The notes under the pieces are model-generated. The model searched no databases, was not told where the DNA came from, and saw only the letters and a program-made list of their open reading frames with translations. From the IMG/VR virus record IMGVR_UViG_3300045988_053504, positions 1-39,888 of that record: DNA of 39,888 nt. One strand, 5' to 3'. This DNA is from a virus. Shown here piece by piece: positions 1 through 6,712 of the stretch; the stretch's first letter is position 1, and every line of letters starts with the position of its first letter. Both the position numbers and the translations under genes were made by a program.

Positions 1-55
1 ATATACGCCTTGCGTTGTTGTTTAGCTTGGTTGTCACAGCGGCGCCACCGTGACA
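1..55. repeat. Terminal direct repeat copy 1 (identical to 39834-39888)
   Basis: ATATACGCCTTGCGTTGTTGTTTAGCTTGGTTGTCACAGCGGCGCCACCGTGACA was read at both contig ends. Confidence 0.95.
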
Positions 56-152
56 TCCAGCATAAAACGTTAAGAGGAAGCAAGAAAAACAACTGTTATA
101 GTTATTCTAGTTGCTCTATTATAATTATATCACTCCTTTTATGTTAATTGTG

Positions 153-569
153 TTAATCTTTCAAATATTCTTTGATTATCTGTGAAATTCGGCTGCGGCT
201 GTATCCCACTTGGTCCGCAACCTCCTGCTGTTTTTTTTCTTCTAAGAATGTAAGTTCAAATATCTGCCGGACTGTGCTGTCCGGTATAGAGGAAATAAAC
301 TCTTCTACCTCTAACACAGCACACATTGCTGTTATCTTTCGTGATGTTTTCATCTGGATCAGCCTCTTGACATGATCCGATTCTCCAGGTTCGTCCATGT
401 ATACAGTCGGTCGTGTCTCTATGTATGGAAACTCGGGGCTTGATCCTCTTACTTTTCCTAATACCGTGGGTATATTCTTTTGTCTGTCATAGAGCTGATC
501 TAATTTTGTGTCAATTAGCTCTATTTCCCTCCTGAGTGCACCGTACTGTTTAAGCCTCTTTTTTGTCAC
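153..569 (-). CDS. ArpU/RinA-like late-gene transcriptional activator candidate (sigma-70 region-4-type HTH)
   Basis: 138-aa ORF. The GTG start at 569 overlaps the stop of the upstream 33-aa ORF (GTGA). It has an N-terminal coiled segment LKQYGALRREIELIDTKLDQL, a central GSSPEFPYIE and a C-terminal HTH QQEVADQVGYSRSRISQIIKEYL. On the circular map it is the last gene before the tRNA/packaging block. Confidence 0.55.
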   Translation of the reverse strand: MTKKRLKQYGALRREIELIDTKLDQLYDRQKNIPTVLGKVRGSSPEFPYIETRPTVYMDEPGESDHVKRLIQMKTSRKITAMCAVLEVEEFISSIPDSTVRQIFELTFLEEKKQQEVADQVGYSRSRISQIIKEYLKD

Positions 570-667
570 TCCTCGTCCTCCCCGTAGTGATATAACATCT
601 CAATCTCATTTTTATCTGCCGCCAAAAGCAGCGCTGAAAATCCTAAATGAAAATTAATTATCCACAT
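566..667 (-). CDS. Small ORF, 33 aa (MWIINFHLGFSALLLAADKNEIEMLYHYGEDEE)
   Basis: Below the ORF-track size cut-off. ATG at 667 is preceded by AAGGAGGGG plus a 5-nt spacer. It begins 12 nt after the stop of 680-1699, and its TGA overlaps the GTG start of 153-569. Confidence 0.35.
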   Translation of the reverse strand: MWIINFHLGFSALLLAADKNEIEMLYHYGEDEE

Positions 668-679
668 CGTATCCCCTCC

Positions 680-1699
680 TTATTTCACCCTGGCTTGTTC
701 TATATTTCTGATAACAACCGTGCTCCCTCCGCCCGGTTCTTCTACAATCTCTACATTTGCTTTCGTATTGTACTCTTCCATAGGTATCTTGATTTCGACC
801 CCGGTATCCGTCTCAACTAAGATAAACTCAAGGCCCTTGACCGTGTTCTCCTTCCTGACTGTGAACTTATCGTACTGCATATCGTACCGTTCCATCCGGT
901 CGTCAAACTCCTGTTTCTTCTCTGGGCTGTCCCCAAAGATCCGGTCGCCGATCTCATTAATACGGAACTCATTTTTTTCAGCGAACTCCTCTCTGAGCTT
1001 GCTTTTTATATCTATCCGATCTTTCAACCCGGTTCCGTCATAACGGTTGTTTATGGCTGTGATCGTCTTGTTTAAGATCTGGAATTTCTTTTTGGGAGCC
1101 AGATCTGCATGACACTTGAGAAAGCGCTCGGAAATATAGTTTATCTTGTCGCCTGTCATCATCTCAAACTTCTTTTCCACCAGCTGAACCTTATATTCCA
1201 GAAGATCAACAATCACGGCCTCTGTGAGTCTTGCCCCGCCCATCGGCATAATCCGCTGTTTTACAATATCATTGACCTCATTCTCCTCCTCTTTATGTAT
1301 GTAGGTATCCTTATAGTTCATCTTTAGGAGAGCCAGGTATACGACACTATGTAACTGGAAACTAACCACGACCAGATCCGCCGCCGGGATCGTAACACTG
1401 TCGCACATGATGTCAAACAGGCTTTCTGCCAGCAGTCGGCTGGCTTTTATAAAGCTATCGTCTTCCTTTTCCTGCATATCTTCCAGCAGTGCCGGGATTG
1501 GAGAAAGGCTGCCGTCAAACTTGCATTTCTTTGTATCATCGCTGTCCAGGATCTTAAAGATATGGCCCCGAACAAATTCCATGAGGTCCGGCCCCATGTC
1601 CAACAGGTCATTGGATAATCCAAGATATCCGTTATTGCTGTCCAAAATGTGGATGATCCCTTTTCTAATGACAATATCGTCTTTTTCTATTTTCTGCAT
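680..1699 (-). CDS. Nucleoid-associated protein, NA37/NdpA(YejK)-like
   Basis: The track ORF is 680-1825. I moved the start to ATG 1699, which has GGAGGGAG 6 nt upstream and removes a 108-nt overlap with the methyltransferase gene. Segments IIHILDSNNG, LAESLFD, YLALLKMNYKDTYIH and YISERFLKC follow the NA37 family pattern by recall. Confidence 0.6.
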   Translation of the reverse strand: MQKIEKDDIVIRKGIIHILDSNNGYLGLSNDLLDMGPDLMEFVRGHIFKILDSDDTKKCKFDGSLSPIPALLEDMQEKEDDSFIKASRLLAESLFDIMCDSVTIPAADLVVVSFQLHSVVYLALLKMNYKDTYIHKEEENEVNDIVKQRIMPMGGARLTEAVIVDLLEYKVQLVEKKFEMMTGDKINYISERFLKCHADLAPKKKFQILNKTITAINNRYDGTGLKDRIDIKSKLREEFAEKNEFRINEIGDRIFGDSPEKKQEFDDRMERYDMQYDKFTVRKENTVKGLEFILVETDTGVEIKIPMEEYNTKANVEIVEEPGGGSTVVIRNIEQARVK

Positions 1700-1716
1700 T
1701 TTTATCTCCCTCCATT

Positions 1717-2538
1717 TTATATAAAATCCCATATATCCATCTGGTCCGTTTTGTAGTTCATCCACAGAGTTTCCGTCCTCGGCAGTCCTGCCTCTGCCTG
1801 TGTCTTTTTCTGTACTTTCTTCCACCCGGACAGATAACTGTTATATAGATCGTTGTCATAGCCGGATAGCAGGACTTTTCCCGGATGCCCCGCAAGGATC
1901 TCTAAAAGTTCTACATGCTCCGTATTTTCCATCTCGTACCGATATAAATAATTTTTCCTTGTTCCATGTAGATACGGTGGATCTACATACATAAAGACAT
2001 CCGGCGTATTATACCGCTTTATAAGCTCTACGGCAGGTAGATTTTCTATCTGTGCATTCTTAAGCCGCTCATTTGCAGCCTGTAGCCTTTCCGGAAGTTC
2101 TCTCCACTCTTTTGTTGTGTGTGGACTATTACCCTGCTGGCTACTCCTAAACCCGTTTTTATAAAGATTACTGCATCCAAATCCCTGCCAGCACCGAACC
2201 GCAAATTTCCGGGCCATCTCTACTTCTGAATCTGTTTTTGACTGCTCAAATGCTGTGTTGTACTCACCTCTTGCATACGGCGTTAAGGATAGTTTTTCTA
2301 TAAGTTCTTGCGGTTTGTCTCTAATTACACGAAAATAATTCACAACATTTCCATCCAGGTCGTTTAATGTCTCAATCCTAACAGGTTGTTTTGCAAAAAA
2401 CACGGCTAAGCTGCCGGCATACGGTTCTAAATATACATCATGTTTTGGTATGTAATTACAAATCCATTCCGCTAATCTGTTCTTGGCTCCTGGATATTTT
2501 AATACTGCTTTCATCTGTTCAGAGGAGCCGGTGCGCAT
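1717..2538 (-). CDS. DNA N6-adenine methyltransferase, Dam-like (D12 class)
   Basis: Motifs LKYPGAKNRLAEWI, a SAM-binding-like LEPYAGSLAVFF, and the catalytic DPPY in YVDPPYLHG. Confidence 0.85.
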   Translation of the reverse strand: MRTGSSEQMKAVLKYPGAKNRLAEWICNYIPKHDVYLEPYAGSLAVFFAKQPVRIETLNDLDGNVVNYFRVIRDKPQELIEKLSLTPYARGEYNTAFEQSKTDSEVEMARKFAVRCWQGFGCSNLYKNGFRSSQQGNSPHTTKEWRELPERLQAANERLKNAQIENLPAVELIKRYNTPDVFMYVDPPYLHGTRKNYLYRYEMENTEHVELLEILAGHPGKVLLSGYDNDLYNSYLSGWKKVQKKTQAEAGLPRTETLWMNYKTDQMDIWDFI

Positions 2539-2611
2539 CTTCCCGGGAGGCTCCGTCCTCCTTCCTTCATAAAATCTCAGTTTTATTAGGGTTCCACCAA
2601 CTTATTTTCTT

Positions 2612-3037
2612 TTACATTCTTTCGCAGTATCCATCTTCATAAAATTCTTGGGTAATATTCATAACATAAAATTTTACGTTATGTTTTGTTTCCCATAATA
2701 AATTGTTTGAACTCCCTTTTTCTTTTAAAATTTCTAATTTACCGTTATGTAGACTATTAGCAACTCTAATAACAAATTCGTCTTTATTTGAATAATAGCT
2801 TTTTGATGTTAAAGAAAAAACATGCTTATTAGATATAGAACTTTTGTAATGTTCGCATTTTTCTTGCAAATCGACCATTAATACAATGTTTCCATTTGCG
2901 ATATATTTAAGAACCTCGGACGGTGTAAGTTCAATTTTTGAAGGATATTCTACCCTGTCAGAATTGCTTACTAGTTGATTTTCTATTAATATGTTAATAC
3001 CACCACTTCTTACATATTCTTCATATTTAATTCCCAT
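2612..3037 (-). CDS. Hypothetical protein (about 141 aa), AT-rich early island
   Basis: The track ORF is 2612-3061. The internal ATG at codon 9 (3037 by codon arithmetic) follows GGAGG plus a 7-nt spacer. No recognisable motif. Confidence 0.6.
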   Translation of the reverse strand: MGIKYEEYVRSGGINILIENQLVSNSDRVEYPSKIELTPSEVLKYIANGNIVLMVDLQEKCEHYKSSISNKHVFSLTSKSYYSNKDEFVIRVANSLHNGKLEILKEKGSSNNLLWETKHNVKFYVMNITQEFYEDGYCERM

Positions 3038-3078
3038 TTTCTTACCTCCATTTAATCTCAATTTTGTTGATTATTCTC

Positions 3079-3273
3079 CTATTCCCAAAACGCTGATAAT
3101 TCATTTTCTTCATATCCTTCAATCATTGAATCCTGCCTGGAAGTCTCTACACCGTGTAATTCGATGTTGAGTTCCAGTTCTCCGGTATACCAATTACGAT
3201 GGAAATAAAAATCTGTAATATCCTGGTCTTTACAATTATTAATGATTTTTATTAAGTCTTCCTTTAACATCAC
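3079..3273 (-). CDS. Hypothetical small protein (64 aa)
   Basis: The start overlaps the stop of the upstream gene (GTGA/ATG), indicating translational coupling. Confidence 0.6.
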   Translation of the reverse strand: MMLKEDLIKIINNCKDQDITDFYFHRNWYTGELELNIELHGVETSRQDSMIEGYEENELSAFWE

Positions 3274-3518
3274 TCATACTTTGAAAGAATGTTCAGCACC
3301 CTTTCAAACTCCTTTGATCTTTCATCTTTGTTCTTCCAGTCCAGTTCAGTCCCACAATACGGACAATTTTTATATTCTTCTATGATTCCATGCTGACATT
3401 CAGGACATTGATAGTCCCTCATTTGTGTTCCATCATGCATCATGCATGAAACCAATTCTGGCCTCCCCACCTTAACAAGTTTTAATTTTCTCACTATTAT
3501 TCCTCCTTCATGATCCAT
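3270..3518 (-). CDS. Zinc-ribbon small protein
   Basis: Two Cys pairs, CPECQHG and CPYCG. An internal GTG at codon 9 (about 3494) has a much better SD (GAAGGAGGA plus 6 nt) than ATG 3518, so the true start may be 3494. Confidence 0.6.
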   Translation of the reverse strand: MDHEGGIIVRKLKLVKVGRPELVSCMMHDGTQMRDYQCPECQHGIIEEYKNCPYCGTELDWKNKDERSKEFERVLNILSKYE

Positions 3519-3522
3519 TTTT

Positions 3523-3774
3523 TTAAAAATTTCCTGTTATCTCTCTTAGACAGGCATTCCATCCTTCTGCTCTGGCAGAATTAACAATCGTCTGCCCACA
3601 CTCTTCGCTTTTAGCCTCCGGAAGTTCCCGAAGAGGACAGTTATTTAATAAGTCACTCAAAGAATCCGCATCAAAATTTTGGTATTCATCCTGCAAAATG
3701 CATTCATCACTTCCGTTTAACATATCGCAGTATAAACAATTTTCTGGCTTCTCAATAATGGCAATTACTTTCAC
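3523..3774 (-). CDS. Hypothetical Cys-containing small protein (83 aa)
   Basis: GTG start preceded by TAGAATTTAGGAGG, a copy of the junction motif. Confidence 0.6.
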   Translation of the reverse strand: MKVIAIIEKPENCLYCDMLNGSDECILQDEYQNFDADSLSDLLNNCPLRELPEAKSEECGQTIVNSARAEGWNACLREITGNF

Positions 3775-3792
3775 CTTTCTACCTCCTAAATT

Positions 3793-4005
3793 CTAATCAA
3801 ACGGCTTTAGCGCCTTTTCTACTTTATCGCAAATCCTTTTTATAATTTTTTCATTTTCGCTTTCTGTTAAAACGCCATGTAAGAATAACATTGCCCTAGC
3901 ATTTTTAATTTTTTCTAGCCTATTTGCATCTTCTCCAAGCGTATAACCGCTGTGATTTGCTTGCGCTTCCAAAGTATCCGACATCGCTCCAAATTCAAAT
4001 ATCAT
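3793..4005 (-). CDS. Hypothetical small protein (70 aa)
   Basis: ORF with GGAGGAGAAATAATAT upstream of the ATG. No motif recognised. Confidence 0.6.
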   Translation of the reverse strand: MIFEFGAMSDTLEAQANHSGYTLGEDANRLEKIKNARAMLFLHGVLTESENEKIIKRICDKVEKALKPFD

Positions 4006-4056
4006 ATATTATTTCTCCTCCATCTTTCGCTTATAGTTACCTCCTTAAATCTTAAA

Positions 4057-4533
4057 TTAAACAATTTCTCTTGCCGCCGATCTAAACATCATGAGTAGCA
4101 TTTCTGATACAGATCTTTTCCGGTCTTTTCTTGCTGCCTTTTTTACAGATCGCAAATCATACCAATCACCCCGTCCGCTCTTTCCATTTGGTATATACAC
4201 GCCTACTGCATGCGGTATTTCGTTTTGTACTGCAATGTATACTTCTTCCGGCATTACATAGTAATTAAAGTCTCCAATGAAGTTATGTCCATTTTTTGAT
4301 CGAAAATCTTCCACGGATGATTTTACCTCGTAGCAATAGAAATCGCCTTTTTCAATGCCAGATATAGTATTGTTCACAGGCTTAAAACGCATAAAATCCA
4401 CCCTTATTGCATTGCTGGTTCCATAGTCAAATGTGACTTCTGCCGCCCAATAAATTCTAGGATCATTGCGTTGATTTATATGCCTTCTAACAGATAAAGA
4501 CAACATTTTTGTTATCTCTGGTCGCTTACTCAT
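4057..4533 (-). CDS. PD-(D/E)XK nuclease-like protein (MmcB-like by recall)
   Basis: D...E-x-K arrangement: IRVDFMRF ... FYCYEVKSSVEDFRS ... FNYYVMPEEVY. The start is preceded by the junction motif TTAAGATTTAAGGAGG. Confidence 0.5.
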   Translation of the reverse strand: MSKRPEITKMLSLSVRRHINQRNDPRIYWAAEVTFDYGTSNAIRVDFMRFKPVNNTISGIEKGDFYCYEVKSSVEDFRSKNGHNFIGDFNYYVMPEEVYIAVQNEIPHAVGVYIPNGKSGRGDWYDLRSVKKAARKDRKRSVSEMLLMMFRSAAREIV

Positions 4534-4559
4534 TCTGTACCTCCTTAAATCTTAATTTC

Positions 4560-5381
4560 CTAATTTACATCAATCCCCGTAATTTCTTTAAAGATCGAAG
4601 CATCAAAATTTGGAATGTCCTTAATAATCTGTTTTTCATCATTGCTCAATCCACTCCACCACTCATTGGCTTCATTCGATGTATCCCATGTATCTTTTTC
4701 TTTTAAATATCCGCCTGTAATTTTGTAATCAGGATGTATCTCTTTTTCTTTATCACTCATTCTTTGTTCGCTGATCCATTCTGTAGGCGATGCATTGATT
4801 TGATTTAATAATGATCTTGCGTCTGAATGTATCCAATCAAGATAAGTCCAATTAGAAGGTTTGTTAAATAAATTTATTTTTGGTTCACTTGTATTAAAGC
4901 ATCCGCTTGCAAAATTTGTTTTGTTCCAATCGCCTGAGTTCCGATTGCCTGAGTTCCGATTGCCTGAGTTCCAATTGCCTGAGTTCCGATTGCCTGAGTT
5001 CCAATCGCCTGAGTTCCGATTGCCTGAGTTGCAATTGCCTGAGTTCCGATTGCCTGAGTTGCAAAAACCAGAACAACTTTTTCCAATATTTACTAATCTC
5101 AAAACTTCTTCCCAGCTGATCTCGCGTACAATTTCAATTTTGCTGGTACAGCATTTTGAATTGTCGCTTTTTCTGTCAATCTCGCCATGCGCAATAATTT
5201 CAGCAACTTTGTTATGTGGATCAAAGGTATAGTAGTTAAAACAATCTTTTAGATCTGTGCAATAATGAAACCCCCGCTCACAGCATATAGGTTTAAAACT
5301 CTCTGTGTATGTTTTTCCTACTTCATACTTAAATCCTCGGCATTCCAAATATTGATTAAATACTTTATATCCTTTTTCCAT
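4560..5381 (-). CDS. Pentapeptide-repeat protein with a DUF7666-like N-terminal domain
   Basis: The N-terminus KGYKVFNQYLECRGFKYEVGKTY resembles a phage domain I recall as DUF7666. The central part has about 9 consecutive 5-residue repeats (NSGNR/NSGNW/NSGDW/NSGNC). Confidence 0.7.
   Translation of the reverse strand: MEKGYKVFNQYLECRGFKYEVGKTYTESFKPICCERGFHYCTDLKDCFNYYTFDPHNKVAEIIAHGEIDRKSDNSKCCTSKIEIVREISWEEVLRLVNIGKSCSGFCNSGNRNSGNCNSGNRNSGDWNSGNRNSGNWNSGNRNSGNRNSGDWNKTNFASGCFNTSEPKINLFNKPSNWTYLDWIHSDARSLLNQINASPTEWISEQRMSDKEKEIHPDYKITGGYLKEKDTWDTSNEANEWWSGLSNDEKQIIKDIPNFDASIFKEITGIDVN
4920..5063. repeat. 15-bp tandem repeat array, about 9.5 copies (GCCTGAGTTCCGATT on + strand)
   Basis: Units read at 4932, 4947, 4962, 4977, 4992, 5007, 5022, 5037 and 5052 with 1-2 substitutions each. 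They lie in frame inside CDS 4560-5381 and encode the pentapeptide repeats. Confidence 0.95.
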
Positions 5382-5426
5382 TCTTATTCCCCTTTCTCGA
5401 TTAAATCTTAATAGTGTGTATGTTAG

Positions 5427-5675
5427 TTATCCCAAAATACATCTCATCCTATCTTCATATTCGCCTGCCCAAATTAGGTCTTCATCCCATGCACCTTCGT
5501 CATGGTCAAATTTGTAATAGCATACATCCCCATCGTCATCGACAAATGGGGCCGTATAGCTGTCATATGCAGGTCTGCCAACCGGATAATAGGTCATTAC
5601 CTCACAGGCAAGCATAGGACAATATATAATTCCCCATTCCTGAGCATTTTCCCATTGTAACCATTTTTCAGGCAT
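5427..5675 (-). CDS. Hypothetical acidic small protein (82 aa)
   Basis: ORF with GAGGAGGAGACT upstream of the ATG. Rich in D/E and W. No motif recognised. Confidence 0.6.
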   Translation of the reverse strand: MPEKWLQWENAQEWGIIYCPMLACEVMTYYPVGRPAYDSYTAPFVDDDGDVCYYKFDHDEGAWDEDLIWAGEYEDRMRCILG

Positions 5676-5693
5676 AGTCTCCTCCTCTAAATC

Positions 5694-6035
5694 CTAATCT
5701 TCCGGTCTGTACGGTTCAGGCAGCGGCATCCAAGCTATTGGCTGACAACTTTGATATGGCCAGTAAGGGTCATGCTGTCCATCTGCATAAATATCGAATA
5801 ATCCTTGCTTAACCTTGTTTCCGTCTGTCACAATGAACCGTCCGTCATTTTTGCAGTATTCCTTCGCATTTGGCAATCGCTCCGATACCGGAATCCACCC
5901 CGTCAGCAACTCCCTATCCATAATCTCTTCCGGCGTAAAACCTGTTTCTTTATACTTTTGTAATTCTTTTCTGTACATGTCACATTTATTACAATGCCGC
6001 ATGGGGCAGCTTGTACTATCAGTCAAATACATCAT
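5694..6035 (-). CDS. DUF551-like phage protein
   Basis: C-terminal pattern GWIPVSERLPN ... IAWMPLPEPYRP is typical of DUF551 by recall. Preceded by the junction motif. Confidence 0.55.
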   Translation of the reverse strand: MMYLTDSTSCPMRHCNKCDMYRKELQKYKETGFTPEEIMDRELLTGWIPVSERLPNAKEYCKNDGRFIVTDGNKVKQGLFDIYADGQHDPYWPYQSCQPIAWMPLPEPYRPED

Positions 6036-6049
6036 TTCCTCCTTAAATC

Positions 6050-6190
6050 TTAATTCTCAGGAAAACATCCTGAAACCTCTCTACACTCCGTACAATTTTG
6101 CCAGAACACACAGGATTCTCCTTCACAATTTTTGTCAGAGAAGCTGCATATACCGCAATGATCATGCACGCATTCAAAATCGTTACACAC
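6050..6190 (-). CDS. Cys-rich mini-protein, 46 aa, GTG start (not in ORF track)
   Basis: GGAAGGAG plus a 6-nt spacer plus GTG at 6190. Translation is VCNDFECVHDHCGICSFSDKNCEGESCVFWQNCTECREVSGCFPEN (9 Cys). Its TAA is part of the junction motif in front of 5694-6035. Confidence 0.45.
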   Translation of the reverse strand: MCNDFECVHDHCGICSFSDKNCEGESCVFWQNCTECREVSGCFPEN

Positions 6191-6290
6191 GTCCCACTCC
6201 TTCCTGCCCGCCGGAGCGGGCTGTAAAACAGGATGCCTACTGGTTTCTAAGTTTCTGTGTGATATATATAGACCCTACATGGGTAAATAC

Positions 6291-6518
6291 CTACTTCTTT
6301 TCAATCTTTACCCCGGTTTCTTCAAAGATTGTTTGTATTAGGTCTTCTAATGAAACATAGCCCTTTTCAAAGCTGTCATACAGCTCAAGAACTGCATCTG
6401 CAAACTTTTCTATTCGCTTGCGTCCAAACCCAAACTGGTCATGCAATGCCATAACCGGGATGCCCAGCATCAGGATAAAGGCCCTTTCCATTGCTTCTTT
6501 GGCTACATCTTCTTTCAA
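6291..6518 (-). CDS. Hypothetical small protein (75 aa)
   Basis: The start overlaps the stop of 6515-6712 by 4 nt. Confidence 0.6.
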   Translation of the reverse strand: MKEDVAKEAMERAFILMLGIPVMALHDQFGFGRKRIEKFADAVLELYDSFEKGYVSLEDLIQTIFEETGVKIEKK

Positions 6519-6712
6519 TGTTTTGATCTGCTTGCGGCCTTTGATCTCTCTGCCCTCTCTTGTTCTTCTTTCCGGTATAAAGAAATCCAGTTCTTGATCG
6601 TTGAGGCAGGAATACCATATTTCTTGCTTATTTTCGCTACATTTGCCTCTCCATGCAGATACATTTCCAGCACTTTCTTTTTAATCTCCTCTGAGTATTT
6701 GCTACTCCACAT
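6515..6712 (-). CDS. Small HTH DNA-binding protein (IS3-OrfA/HTH_28-like fold)
   Basis: EEIKKKVLEMYLHGEANVAKISKKYGIPASTIKNWISLY is a classic three-helix HTH layout. Confidence 0.55.
   Translation of the reverse strand: MWSSKYSEEIKKKVLEMYLHGEANVAKISKKYGIPASTIKNWISLYRKEEQERAERSKAASRSKH

Noticed and set aside
1700-1825. 42-codon N-terminal extension of the NA37-like ORF given in the track (start 1825).
   Set aside because: The extension overlaps the methyltransferase gene by 108 nt and has no RBS. ATG 1699 has a perfect SD, and the family-like sequence begins right there.
2999-3062. On hand reading I seemed to see one extra C near 3001-3002, which would frameshift ORF 2612-3061.
   Set aside because: The supplied ORF track translates cleanly through this point, and all flanking anchors (2612, 3079) agree with it. 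I treat this as my own reading error and used codon arithmetic from the track for coordinates here.
4006-4056. Four-codon mini-ORF (ATG GAG GAG AAA TAA) between the junction motif and gene 3793-4005.
   Set aside because: It is most simply the SD region (GGAGGAG) of the downstream gene, and it is too short to support as a gene.
4920-5063. Possibility that the regular repeat array is a CRISPR array.
   Set aside because: The period is 15 bp with no spacers, the units are contiguous and in frame within a CDS, and there are no cas genes.
4861-5232. Four alternative-frame ORFs across the 15-bp repeat array (4861-5232 +, 4907-5119 +, 4874-5086 -, 4894-5076 -).
   Set aside because: They are periodic artefacts of the tandem repeat (PEFRL, LSSDC, TQAIG and LRQSE strings). 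Only the 4560-5381 frame has flanking non-repeat domains and an RBS.
5815-6360. 181-aa + strand ORF.
   Set aside because: It is antisense to three well-supported - strand genes, has no RBS and has low-complexity content.
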